Source: Octopus bimaculoides
Lineage: Eukaryota
DNA length: 64,000 nucleotides
Direction: 5' to 3'
Assembly: GCF_001194135.2 (NCBI RefSeq)
Contig: NC_068981.1
Span: 172,327,564 to 172,391,563, forward strand
Shown here piece after piece: positions 42,174 through 56,307 of this stretch (position 1 is the first letter of the stretch; each line of letters begins with the position of its first letter). The position numbers and the translations under genes were made by a program. Below the pieces are notes generated by a model. It saw nothing but the letters and a program-made list of their open reading frames with translations, had not been told where the DNA came from and did no database searches.

Positions 42174-42268
42174 GTATCGTATGTATAGGAAAAGTCACCA
42201 AACTGGTTTTCCGTCATTAATAACTATATTTTCAGCACCTAATTATTTGGATGTATACAACAATAAAG
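42174..42268 (+). CDS. PPP3CA: Calcineurin A exon (exon 8 equivalent), 95 nt: (G)[31 protein letters not shown](A)
   Basis: Acceptor tttttattccag, donor GTTTGT at 42269; SAPNY motif plus calcineurin-specific LDVYNNK. Confidence 0.97.
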
Positions 42269-43135
42269 GTTTGTATTTGTATGGAATTTTTTTTCTTATT
42301 ACACCTTTTCAACAACCTCAAGTACATTTACACTAGTTAATGATATAGCTACACTGCAAAGATAAAAATTTCAAAGTTATTCAAATTAAAATTGTAGTTC
42401 TTTTAACCACATTGAGCAGTTGCCTGGAGACCCTGTGCATAGGAGGGGGAAGGAAGGCTGTTCTAATCTATGTATACTGTAGCTTTCTATCATTAAATAA
42501 TAAATACTAGCGGCCCCAATTGCATTGCCTTGCCAGGAGACCTGCAATGCTGCTAAGATAGCCCTGCTCTTAGCTACAGAGGACCAATCGCATCAGAAAT
42601 GAGCAAATTGAGTGTCTACATGAAAGGAACAGAAAAGATGTATTTCTTTTTGTAAATTTATTTTTATGATCAATCAGTGTAATTGAAATAATTTGCTATT
42701 GCTTGTTTTTTAAACCACAGATAAAATAAGGGTTGTCTTATGTACCAAGTACTAAATTTTTAATTTGATAATTTATACCTTTAAATTAAAAACTTCAAAT
42801 TCAGTATTCTGTTAAAAAGATTTATTTTAAAAATACTCCAAATTCTGAGCAAATTTTAAAGCTTTACTAATTATTTTATATGTCAGAACATTAAATCACT
42901 CCATTTATATGAACAGAGTTAACTTTGTTATGAGCCAAGAAGTGTCATTGGGTCACATTATTTGTGTCTAGTAAAATAATAATAAAATGCTAACTTGAAT
43001 TTTGTTGACTTTCTCAAGTCTGTTGCTATTCTAGCTAAACTGCTTCTGCATCGCCCAGGACATCTTAGAACAACCACTGATATTATATTTGATTAGCTGT
43101 TTGTCATTCATTTGTTGAAAAAGAAATTAAACATA

Positions 43136-43352
43136 TAGGTACAGGAGTGGCTGTGTGGTAAGTAGCTATAGGCACAGGAATGGTTGTGTGGTAAATAGCT
43201 TGCTTACCAACCACATGGTCCCGGGTTCAGTCCCACTGCATGGCACCTTGGGCAAGTGTCTTCTATTATAGCCTCAGGCCAACCAAAGCCTTGTGAGTTA
43301 TTTTAGTAGTTGGAAACTGAAAGAAGCCCATTGTATATATATATATATATAT
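43136..43352 (+). mobile_element. Family A SINE 5' half (33-bp head duplicated), running into (TA)n and an assembly gap
   Basis: Reverse complement of the 38785-38941 region; tandem head units at 43136-43168 and 43169-43201. Confidence 0.9.
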
Positions 43353-43672
43353 NNNNNNNNNNNNNNNNNNNNNNNNNNNNNNNNNNNNNNNNNNNNNNNN
43401 NNNNNNNNNNNNNNNNNNNNNNNNNNNNNNNNNNNNNNNNNNNNNNNNNNNNNNNNNNNNNNNNNNNNNNNNNNNNNNNNNNNNNNNNNNNNNNNNNNNN
43501 NNNNNNNNNNNNNNNNNNNNNNNNNNNNNNNNNNNNNNNNNNNNNNNNNNNNNNNNNNNNNNNNNNNNNNNNNNNNNNNNNNNNNNNNNNNNNNNNNNNN
43601 NNNNNNNNNNNNNNNNNNNNNNNNNNNNNNNNNNNNNNNNNNNNNNNNNNNNNNNNNNNNNNNNNNNNNNNN
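43353..43672. other. Assembly gap (320 N)
   Basis: N run following a (TA)n tract. Confidence 1.
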
Positions 43673-43778
43673 CCTTCTCTCTCTCTCTCATTATCATCTA
43701 TTTAGCAAAATTTCTTCTGGCATGTTTTGAAAGTTAAAATGCAAGACATAAAAATTCTGGTCAATATAAGGCGTAAGA

Positions 43779-43958
43779 AAGGCAGTGAGCTAGCAGAATC
43801 GTTAGCATGCTGGACAAAATGTCTAGTGGCATTTCATTCATCTTAGTGTTCTGTGTTCAAAATCTGCCGAGGTCAACTTTGCCTTTCATCCTTTCGAATG
43901 TAATAAAATAAGTACCAGTTAGTCCTGAAACTGCTGGCCTTGTGCCAAAATTTGAAAC
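43779..43958 (+). mobile_element. Family B SINE with degenerate TSD
   Basis: CAATATAAGGCGTAAGA (43762-43778) versus CAATATTAGAAGTAAGA (43959-43975), 14/17; body ggcagtgagctagcagaatcgttagc...gcctttcatcctttcg...aagtaccag. Confidence 0.85.
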
Positions 43959-45497
43959 CAATATTAGAAGTAAGAGAATGATTTTCCTTTTTCTTTTTTA
44001 TCATCATTCTCATTTTTTTTTATCTGTTTATGAAGTGAATATAGTTCCATTCCATTTCTAATTTCACTTATATCCCATCTCAAAATGCTCTTGGGAAAAT
44101 CTTGAATACAACAATTTCTCTTTGTACACAGCCAATAATTTCTTGAGCTCAGTCTATACTTCAAAAAAAGAGTAGATATCTTTTTTCTGAAACCATTGTT
44201 ATGAATAGAAAGACATGTAAAGCAAACCAGATGCGATACTGTAGTTAGAGTCTAATTGTCCTCAATCAAATCGTGGGTTGCTTTACCATTTTTGACTGGG
44301 TTTTTAAAACAATCACCAATAATACTTTAGGTCGAACCAATTCTGCAGTACTTCCTCTGCTGAAAAGTTTTGGGGGGTTTTTTTTTTGGTCTTTTTTCAT
44401 TTAAGTGTAGTTATTGGCAGAGTTAGGAAACAGTCAGAGTACCATGCAGTATTAAGTTATGTTCCTTTACATTGTGAATTCATATTCTTTCAGGCTTGAC
44501 TTTGTCTTTAATCCTTTCTGGGGTTGTTAAAATAAAGCACCAGCCTTGGGAGAACAGTTTAATCAACTACACTCCTCCAAAAATGTATGGCCTTGTATCT
44601 ATTTCACATATAAAAGGAAAAGAAAGAATGAAATTGTAATTTTTTTTTCACTGCTCTACTCAATTAATAAGGATTGTATATCTGGCTTTAATAAGTCATT
44701 AGCTCAAGATTACTACTAAATTAACCTTTTGTTGGCTTTAACAGTGGTGTTGAGAATGTGTATCATATCTCTTTTAAATGTATATTTAAAATACTTCTGC
44801 TTGTTTATGCATGTTTGTCTGAGAAGAGGAGAGGGAAAGACAATTATTTCATGAACTGTCGTTCTTTTATGGTCAGACATATGTGGGTGTATTGTGCAAA
44901 CCAATGAGGCAGTGTCTAAATAGTTGCCTAATATACTGAAAATATCAACCAAATCTCACTCAAATTATGCCTTACAGTTTTGAAAAAGGAAGAATATTTC
45001 CAATAATGTAATCCCAGATATATTGTCTGGAAAAACATTTTTCCAGATGGTTACAGTTGCAACACTTGATCACAGATCTGCTCAACTAGAATTGACAGGA
45101 CCGAAATAAAACCTAATAACTATACTAATTAACAATAACGACAATGTTATCAAACTTGTCACTACCAGTAGTACTTTTATCAATAATTACTACTGCAACT
45201 ATTTCTAATATATCAGCAACAATTACTATCATAGAAATTGAAGCCAAATCTCCTTCAAATCACAATATGTCTTTAAGAAAAAGAATGGGCACATTTGATA
45301 ATATAATCCCTGTTTGAAAAACAGATGGGACGATCACAGATGTAATCCAATCCTAGATGTTCTTGATAATGACTGACCTGGAGACAAACAGCAACTCCCA
45401 TTCTTCAAATTGTTCTATAACAACCTATAAGTATTTGTTACAGGACAGGAGTGTAACTTTAAATAAGAATATTTTCATAATTATATGAACTATCTAA

Positions 45498-45806
<309 letters not shown>

Positions 45807-47104
45807 TAACAAAAGGAAAATGAAGTTTCCACATCATAGAGGTCACTAACTCTTATCAGTTCTTTTTTATTGTCACAATCCATTATGAAAACCTACAAAT
45901 TTTCATTTATCACATGGTCTTAAAAGCCATAGCTTTCCATTCTTATCTCTCATCAAGTGCTTCTCTAACTTCAGACAATCTTTCTTTACACTTTTACTCA
46001 ATCTATATAACTTAGTATCATTTTTTTTTTAACCAACATTACATTTGCTAACAGCTTTACTGCCATCTCTCTATTCGAGAATAAATTACTCACTTACATG
46101 TATTCTTTTTCTACCAAGACATCACTTTCTCAATTACTTTACTTACAAAGTTCACTCAATATTTTACTTCTTTAGCTCTGCCAAATTAACTGACTGAGAC
46201 ATTTCTTCATCTCTTATAACAGTTCTTTTTTTCCTTGTAATTTTCTTAGACCTGCTACAAGTAGCAGTCAGTTCCTCTCAAATCACACACACACACTCTC
46301 TCTCCATTTCTTTCTCTCTTAAAAAGTGGGATCATAATGTAGTCATAAATATATGCAAAAAATATGTGCTGGTCATGGTTACAACACCTTTGATCATAGG
46401 TCTGCTCAATAAGGGCTGACCTGAAACTAAATAACAACTGAAAATCAAAGAAACAAGCTTCTTTTCCAGAGGGTACCTGGATTTATCTGCTATTAATCTC
46501 TCTTCCCTTCTCACACAGAAATCTACTAATTCTGTGCATTATGTATAGATTCATAAACAGAATATTTAGATCTCTTGATGATCTACTTTCCAACATAGTT
46601 AAATTGTCTGCATAAACCAATGAAAATATGTATCAAATCTTTATCATAGCACCTTTCTTCTTTCTACAGTAACTTAACCTGTAGTATTTCACTAGCCACA
46701 TTAATTTCACATTTTGACATCACTGCTGTTGTCATCTGACAATGATTTAAAGAAACAGCACATAAATTCTTTGAAACAATTGTTTTCTTTTTAGGTGGGG
46801 TTAATACTAATAGTAGTAATAACATAAAATGTTGTTACTTTATAGTTTGATTCATCCTAAAACTATAAGTTAATTGTAAAAAAAACTTTCTGACTAACAT
46901 TTAAGTTATAGATTTAGTCTTGTAATGTATAAACAGATTATTCTCTTGTCTCCTCTCAAAATTGTAATAATTTACAGGTGTAAGGTACATTAAAATGGAA
47001 GTTGGGAAGTAGAAGTTGATTTGGTTCAGCTAGAGCTTCCCATCTATCTTAGTAATAAATATACACTTATTATTTTTGGATTATATATTCTTTAAATTCT
47101 TTGA

Positions 47105-47580
47105 GATTTAAAACTGCAGTCGTGCTGGTTGTGTCACCTGCTCTCAGTAAGTTGATTATCTAGGATCTCTGTTGTTTGGGTAGTTCTAAGATCCTTGATT
47201 TACTACAGGTGCAATTATGTACATAGTGGGGTCCTTGAACCCTTCCACATAGGCTGACCACAAGTCTGTATTCTGTCAAGAGAGTGCCCTAGGTGTGCAA
47301 CACATCTTGCTGTCATGCCTTCTGAGCCATTGACCATATTGGGTTCTTCTGCCTCGTCAACCACTTCAGTCTTCATGCACTTAAGGGGTGATACTCTGTA
47401 CAGCAATCCTCCCAATATTGTTGGTACGCTCTACTCAGTTTTGCTCACTAGCCAAAGTGAGATATCATGATGTGGTAATTGGCGAACACTAATGACTTCT
47501 GGGAGCCCATAAATGAGAGCTGTGTAGCAGTTGGAGATTAATGCTCCTGTCCACATGTAACAGGTTTACAAAGGTACCAC
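47105..47580 (-). mobile_element. GC-richer repeat fragment, possibly the 5' region of a LINE
   Basis: Abrupt rise in GC within an AT-rich intron; resembles a LINE 5' UTR by recall only; no protein motif recognised. Confidence 0.35.
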
Positions 47581-47817
47581 ACATTACATGCTACACCAAA
47601 CACCACAGGCTCTATGTATGTCAAATTTTTTGTTGAATATTCACAATTCTTATGAAGGATTATTATCGTTAACAATATTATTTTCTTTAACTTGTAGCAG
47701 ACAGAAAGAAAATTATTTTATTCAAAATATTATCTGCACTTTCTTCTCAGTCGGTTCAAGTATAAGTCTGTGAAATTAATGCAGTAATGAAATGGTTTCT
47801 GTTTTGTCTCTTTACAG

Positions 47818-47895
47818 TTACAGAGATGTTAGTAAACGTCCTTAATATCTGTTCAGATGATGAGTTGATGACTGAAGGAGATGATACATTTGAAG
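47818..47895 (+). CDS. PPP3CA: Calcineurin A exon (exon 10 equivalent), 78 nt: (V)[25 protein letters not shown]
   Basis: Acceptor gtctctttacag, donor GTAACT at 47896; second half of the CnB-binding helix. Not on the ORF track. Confidence 0.95.
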
Positions 47896-50800
47896 GTAAC
47901 TTAATATATATTTTTTTATATAGTTTTATTTGTTTACTTTAGACTTTTTCATAATCCTTGTTTCTTTCTATTACAGGTCTGTATGGAATATATACTTTCA
48001 CATGCACACACTTAGCATTGTTTTATTCCACTATTTTAAAATATTTATTAGCAGCTTTGAATAGTGTCTAAACCTTATAAATTATGAAAATGATTGTTTT
48101 GTAATGTTTAAAGTGCATATATTTTCTCTCCTGAAAAATAATGTACATTTCATAAAAACTAGTCCTATTAACATAAATATTAGGTTGGCAGTGGTGGGGG
48201 AAAGTAGAAAAGATTATGAACTAATAAATCCATTACATATATTCAATTAAATATGAATAGATTTACTAAACACAGTCACTATTTTCTGATGAACATTTTA
48301 TTTGGCAAAATAAGTATTAATATTTGTTAGTAAAACATTTAGTAAATTAATTGGAAAGCACATTTCTTTATTAAATAACTACCAATGTCAATTTTAAAAT
48401 TCATGCCAGTGAATTCTGTTGTAAAATAGATTTTATTATATTTTTTTAATCAATTCCCTTGTATTAAGAGTAATTTTAATTGTTTGAAAATTTTATCTTT
48501 GCTCCATTCTATTTTTTCAAAAGCTTTTATATTTTTCTGGATTAGTGTAGTATTTTATGTCCAAAAATAGTCTTGAATAATATATATGCACTAAAAATAG
48601 AATTGAGCTGTAATTTCAAGATTAGAAATGAATTATTTGTAAAGTTTTATGAAAATAACAAAGTAGTTGTAACATATTTATTTGGGGCAAGTTGAGTAAA
48701 TTAAATTAATTTCATTTACACATTTATATATTACTTTTTAAATTAAAACCTTTTTAAATTTAATTTACTATGAATTGATATATTTCCTTATAAATTTTAC
48801 TCTTTACTCATCAGCATATTGTAGAAACTAGAAACAGTTATATATATTTATATATATACATATACATGTTAGATTATCCATAAATAAATCTTGTTTTTAC
48901 TGTTTTAAAATATATAACAAAGACCAAATATATTTATTGATAACCCAATGTGTGTGTATTAGCTTTATTTCATTGTAGATAAGAAAGAAAATAATTTCTG
49001 TTGTTATTGCCAAATTCTTTATACATTTACAGATCCTAGTATTGTTGAGTAGTTTCTTGTTTTGTTTATTCTCTTCTCTCCAAATGATTTCATTTATGCA
49101 TAATGTAACTTTCTCCAAAAGGATTTATAATGTAAACTTTACATTTTGTTTCTCTACAATTAACTTGATGAATGCTAATAATAAATGTAAATTTCTCACT
49201 AATATTCTCCTATCTTACTCGAACAGCTGAACTTGGTAAAGTATGAAACTCACTGCTATAATTCATTAGTAAATTTTGAAACTAGCCTAGTTTGATCATT
49301 CCTAGTGCTTACTTCTGTAACCTTGTTGTCATTATCATGGTAAGCTCTTGGGATTAAAATGCTGTGTTATCGGTAAGTGGTTTACTGGCGTGCTAATCTA
49401 AATCTTCTAAGCAAATAGTTCTTGTAGATTAGATTGAACTAGGCAAAGCAGTTGTTGCACTACCTACTGAAACATAAAAACATCTAGAGAGTCGGACAAA
49501 ATGCCTTGTGGTATTTCTTCCAGCTCTTTATATTCTGAATTCAGATCTAACCATGGTCAACTGTGCTCTTTATCCTTCTCAGATTGATAGGATAAAGTAC
49601 CCTGAGTTTGTCGATAGTATTGACTAAACCTCTCTCGAATCAGAAATATTAGTAGTATTAGTATTTATCCCTAATTATTTTGAGTTCCAGATTTATTGAA
49701 CTGTTAATTTGGTGATTTGTTTTTGTTTTCTTTTTTGGAGGTTTTTTTTTAGTTTAGAAAGTAATGAAAATTATTATTTTGTACTAATTGTTAAAAGAAT
49801 TCTGTCCTGGAAAGTATATAAAATATCATTCACTAATGAAATTAAAATTGTTTTGCTGTACAGCAAGTTCTATCTAGAATAAGATCTTACATTTTGTTTT
49901 GTTTTTGTTCTTTTTATTTTTTTACTTTTCACAAATTCGTTAATCTAGTTGAAGAGTGTATGATTTTTAGAGAGAAAAAAATGCATGGTTCTTCTCTTTG
50001 GTCACAGAATATCTTAGAAAAACAGCAACTCATAAATGATTAAAGGCAACCCAACATATTACTGGAAATATGGTAAAGTATTATACATGCTTCAAACAAG
50101 ATAAATTCTTATTAATAGAAGCTATTTCCAGAAAGGGCAAAACACATGCTAATCAGATTTCAAATTCTCGGCAAATTGATTTACTGGCTTCAATATTTTC
50201 CCTTGGGATGTAGAAATTTCTCCTAATGTTGAGATTTGCTTTGAAGCAAGACAAGGGAAATAATCTATTGACATGCAATGGGGAAATTTGTGATGTAGTT
50301 ACTTGTTTTCTTTTTCCTTTTTTAAATTAATGAGGTCTTCATATTAGGATATATCACAGGCAAATAATCAGCAAATACAGAAACAAATTGTAAAAAAGAA
50401 AATCATTAAGATATTAGTATTTGATTATCATCTTAAAGATGAATAAAATATTACTGAAAGGAGTACTATTCTTTTCAATACTAAAACATTATATGAGAGA
50501 AAAAGGTTGTAGTGAGAGCTGTCATCTTAAAATATAATGTGGTAGAGGTTAACATTTAAAGTCTAAAGAAATAGGTCATCAGAATAGTTATATATTAGGT
50601 AATCATCTGTTAAAAACCACAAACATTTCTCCGGCTTATGTTGCATGATTGAAAGCTATACAAAATGTTTGGTACCTAGTCATTATACTACAATGAAAAT
50701 CAGATATAAAACTTTTGTGCCTTTTCCAATTTTCATTGATTTTTCAGTATTTTCATCTGTGATGCCTGAGATAAATGCTAGCAGTCACCTATTAATTACC

Positions 50801-52234
50801 ATTTATTAATAATGAGATCATGAGAAGCTGCTTACATTGATTATAAGGTTATGTTTCACAGTCACAGTTCTAATTTGCTAATTGAATACTGTGGTTAGCA
50901 TAATACTGCTTCTCCATAACTAATGGATTAACTATGCAGAAAATGAGAAGATATGTCCTTACAGAAAAAAAAATCATAAATCAACAGGAAACATTATCAA
51001 TCAATTTATTGGGGACAATGATAAAACAGTGGTGAGAAAATCATGCCAGATGATGGAAAATCTACCTATTCTGAAACAGTGCCTTATAAATTAAAATTTT
51101 ACACTGGATTTTGATTTCATCATCTATCATTAATAAATATTTGAGGGACGATCATTGCCAAATAATTTTCAGAAGTGTTTTTAAAGGTTTTCTTGGGATG
51201 TGTAATTATATATTAGAAACTCAAGTATGACAACTCATGTTGAGTCTATACACAGTCTTACGCTTACATATATATTTAAATTTTGTATCACAATTTATAA
51301 GCAATAATACTGGTTCACTGCATTACATTTGGTGAGAATAGCAATTTGGTGTCTGTAATTTCTTATAAAAATATTGCAGGGGAATATATTCAGAAACTAC
51401 CAGTTTTTCAGTTTTTTTCACAAACATATTTCAGCAGAAAGACACTCAGATGCACGTTTATGTGTGTGTGTGTGTGTGTGTGAGTATTGGGTTTCTGCAT
51501 AATTTCCATGTACCAAATTCAACTCACAAGTTATCGATCAGCTTGAGGCTATGGCAGAAAACACTTTTCCAAAGTTCTACAAAGATGGATTAAATCTAGA
51601 ACCATGTAACTGAGAATCAAAGTTTTCAACCACATAATTATGCTTGCTATGTTTGAGCCTATTCTTGCAAAAATCTTAAGTTCAATATGGTTAGATCACA
51701 TACTATCTCATTCAGGCGCTACACACTAGATGATAAAATAAAATATATTTCTACTGACAATATAATTAGAAAAGATATTGCCTTTATATTTTTAGTATGT
51801 GTGTACGAAAAGCAATATCTTGATGTTGGTTGTAGTGAGTAGTCCTTGTTATTTTTATCATTGGGCATTTATCCCAATTCTTTACTTAGTGCCTCAAATC
51901 ATGACATGGTCAGCTTTGCCTTTCATTCTTCCTTGATTGATTTTAAAATAAGATATCAATAACAATTATGTACTGGAATCAAGATCTTTAATTTGTTAGG
52001 TAATCCCTTATTGTATTCAGTTTCATTTTGGCAAATCTCATAATGACACTGGTATTCAGTGATATTGGCCCTTGCCCTTCACTTGAACATCACGTGTAGC
52101 ATGTAGAAGGGAGACCCCTGGTCTTCCATATAATCTTGCCCAGATCTGTGCTCTGGACAAGATATTCTAGTGTCACTTCACCACTGTCCACCAGGACTAG
52201 AAGTGAGACTTTCCAGGAACATTTGAACGTCAAA

Positions 52235-52277
<43 letters not shown>

Positions 52278-52838
52278 NNNNNNNNNNNNNNNNNNNNNNN
52301 NNNNNNNNNNNNNNNNNNNNNNNNNNNNNNNNNNNNNNNNNNNNNNNNNNNNNNNNNNNNNNNNNNNNNNNNNNNNNNNNNNNNNNNNNNNNNNNNNNNN
52401 NNNNNNNNNNNNNNNNNNNNNNNNNNNNNNNNNNNNNNNNNNNNNNNNNNNNNNNNNNNNNNNNNNNNNNNNNNNNNNNNNNNNNNNNNNNNNNNNNNNN
52501 NNNNNNNNNNNNNNNNNNNNNNNNNNNNNNNNNNNNNNNNNNNNNNNNNNNNNNNNNNNNNNNNNNNNNNNNNNNNNNNNNNNNNNNNNNNNNNNNNNNN
52601 NNNNNNNNNNNNNNNNNNNNNNNNNNNNNNNNNNNNNNNNNNNNNNNNNNNNNNNNNNNNNNNNNNNNNNNNNNNNNNNNNNNNNNNNNNNNNNNNNNNN
52701 NNNNNNNNNNNNNNNNNNNNNNNNNNNNNNNNNNNNNNNNNNNNNNNNNNNNNNNNNNNNNNNNNNNNNNNNNNNNNNNNNNNNNNNNNNNNNNNNNNNN
52801 NNNNNNNNNNNNNNNNNNNNNNNNNNNNNNNNNNNNNN
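52278..52838. other. Assembly gap (561 N) inside a (TA)n array
   Basis: N run flanked on both sides by (TA)n. Confidence 1.
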
Positions 52839-52878
<40 letters not shown>

Positions 52879-55800
52879 TACTAGTCATGATATATAATTT
52901 TTTTAATTGATATATTTATATTTATTTTTCTATATTTTGAAATGTAGATTTTATTCTCAACCTAGCTATGATTATGGAGTAGATGAATGTTTTAGAGCTA
53001 CTACTGCTGCAGGTGCTTTATATTCTGTCATTTAAATCCACTGGGCCACTGTTAGATGAACATCAGCTATGCTTTTTAATGATAAAGTTTCTGTCTTTAA
53101 CCACCCCCTCCTTTTTATCTGATTATAAATTCTTTTCTGTACAGTATAAATTTTAAGTATTGATAGTGCATTCTTTGCCTATTTTTCTTTTGCTTCAGTT
53201 CTGTGTTTCTTTTTACACCATTTATGGCTCTTTTATAAACTGTGTCTAATTCCAGTTTGTCTAAGTCTATTTTCCTAGTGTTGATATTATGAAGAGTTTT
53301 CTTGAATTCTTTACATCACTGTCAATGTTTTTATGCTCTGTATTTCAATCAGTCTGATCTCCAACTATGTGATCATTGGTCCTGCCTATGATTGACCTTG
53401 TAAACTTTGTTACAAACATACTGTAAGCCATTGTTATATTTCCTAAAGAGTTGTAATTTAAGAAGAGAAAGCCATAGATTTGTTATAATTTTGGATGATT
53501 CAGTCCAATGAAGGACATTAAATTGATTCATACCATTTGAAGACATGTTGAATCCAGATCAGACTAGTGAAATATTTTACATAAAAACATGTAGTTTGAT
53601 GTAGGTATTTTGAAACATTATCATAGAATCAATGCAAATTCATTTTTAGGATGCATAACTATGGAACATTAATTCCATTAAATATGGATAAATCCTCTTG
53701 CTACTATTAGTTAATTCAAACATATCATACACACTCACATTGCACATAAATGGAAGAATTGTTACAAATGTCATGAAATCCTTTATTAGACATTGCAGTG
53801 AAAATATGTTGGCTCACAAAAGAATATAGAAACAAAAGTAAAAGTATTTTTTAAAGTACTAAAAAAATTGTAGATTATGTTTCAAAAAAGAATGAAACAG
53901 AGTTTTGCTAACATAAGTAGAAGCCATCTTTACTACGACAGATCATTTGTTTGATTTCCTTTCATTTTTATTTATTGAGCACTCTTTAAGAAGTCTAATT
54001 CATACCAATGTATTATTTTGTTTTAAATCCTATTCTTTATAAATATAAATTTATTTCTATATATTTCATATATATTTTCCCAATAAACTTCTCCTAAATG
54101 TATAATCCCCTGCACTAAAGTTTTTTTCTTTTTTTCTTTTTTTTTAACATTGAATGGCTTTTTTCTATCTGCATTTTTAATATCCTGTTCCAACTAGTTT
54201 CTTCTCTGTCTACACGTAATCAAATTCATCAATTTTTCTATTGTAAAAATAATTATTGTATTTGTTGTCTTCCTTTTCCTTTTTAATGTTTTTTGTTTTA
54301 TTTGGTCTCATTATAATCAACTTTTTTTAATGTGTGGTTAAGATAAACTTTCTAAATTGTACCTATTTCTTAAAAGTTTTCTTGTATCTAATTCTGGCCT
54401 TTCATTTGCGTACCAATTCAAATGTAATATGTAAGGGCATGCTCTTGTTCAATTTTCTAAACTATCTAATTTTCAGATACATTTTTGTATTTTCTACTTC
54501 TTAAATTTTAGACAATCTCAGTTTAGTCCGTATTTGTGCCATCTTCACATTATTCCCTCCCTTACTTGGTTCACATTGTCATAAAATTAAAAGTCTTACT
54601 CTAGGCTCTTTCTTGATGTTATTTTATACATTAACACTGAAATTGATGCACTTAGACATTTACTTACAAATTTTTTTCTAAACAAGGGTTTTTACACTAG
54701 ATTCCCTTCCTACTATTAACTCCTCAGCCAGAAACATATATATATATATATGTTTTGTTTGCTCATAAATTAAATAATCCTACAATTTAAATATTCGTAC
54801 AAATTACTAGAAATGTTGCGAAGTTAAGCAACCTTCCTCAAACACAACATTTATCTCTTTACATTTAATTTCCATTTGTTTGAAAGCAGCAAGTAATGTG
54901 CTCTACTAAAAGGGTACTGACACAACTCCTCTGGTCAAATTCAGTTTCATGTTCTTTTCATCCTCTGTGCCTATAATAATTTTTCTACTTCATATCTAAT
55001 ATTTCAATTATTAATAAACATATATAAGTGAATATGTGAACACAATCACATATATTCACCACTTCTTTCTTTTGTAATGAAATTATTTTATTTTAACTAG
55101 CCATCAGATCAAATATGTTTAGAAGTTGAGAAATTATGTATTATGGCACTTGTGCCTTTTTCAAGGACATTAACAACATCATTAAAATGATTTTGAATAT
55201 AGGACATTGTCAAATTTCAGCTCACTAAGAGTTTAATATGTACTTTATGATTAACATCATATTTTGTCTGATAGAAATTATTATCAACAAATTTTTAAGG
55301 TTTTTTTTTTCTTAAATAAGTAAATCTGTACAGGTGATCTTTGTTGTGTCTGTGGTCCATTGCTATAAAAACTCTGTGAAGATATTCTGAGGTTTTAAGC
55401 TACTTTTTCATCTCAAACATCATCTGTTCTCAACGTCAACATATTTTTCAATTAAGTCAAATTTCCATTAACTTCGCCTCTTTAAAACTCAGTGTTAACA
55501 GGAGGATGTCTTGCTTAATGGCCATAGATTTCATAATTCTTCATTTTAGATTGACAGATGATTTCAAGCAAGCAGTTTAATAAATCTCACAAATTAAAAA
55601 TGGATTACTCTTTCGTTGGATCCAATTAGTGGCCTGCAGCCATGCTGCAGGACAGCCTTTGATACATTAACTTAACCCTAACCACACTCTACATTGAATT
55701 TTTTTTTTTTTTAGTAAATGTTTATAATTGTTGAAACTTCTATTAAAGACTATTGTTCTGTTATTTTAAACCCAGTTATAAATCCTTAGTGTAGCTTCTA

Positions 55801-56307
55801 AGAGGATTGAATATTGAAGATGGATTACAAAACGGACATGTAGCAAAATAACTTCATTTTACATAATTATTTCTAAATTTTGCTGAAGACTAAATGACAA
55901 GGAACTATTTTCATAATTACTTGAAAATAAAGCTTACAACACAGGGTTCTATAAGTCATCCAGTTATCAATTCATTAGTTGTTTCCCTTCTTATAGCTTA
56001 TTGTGTAAATAACCTGAGATGTAGGTTGTTCATTCAAAAAAAATATTTTGTTAATGGTAACCATAGAAGCCCTAATGTCTAAAACCCTTGATTTTAGGAA
56101 AATACAAGCACTGGCCATACATAATTAGAGCATAAACATTGGTTATATTTTCAGCTGTATTTGCTGGGAATTAACTCATTCTCATTTGTTTTATGATTTC
56201 ACTTTCTTCTAAACTATCTGATTTTCTGCAGTTCTATATTTAAGAGATGAGGAATTATGTACATTATTTACATTTGACAGATATTTGTCCTCATCTTGTT
56301 TGTTGTT

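Noticed and set aside
47896-47942. Intron read-through peptide [15 protein letters not shown] as a prenylated tail
   Set aside because: Cys is at -3, not -4, so it is not a CaaX box; the hydrophobicity is expected from T-rich intron sequence.
53490-55850. Further hammerhead-like strings (caatgaagg...gaagacatgtt; tgaagatgg...ggacatgt)
   Set aside because: Core nucleotides are incomplete and no stem I/II pairing could be drawn.
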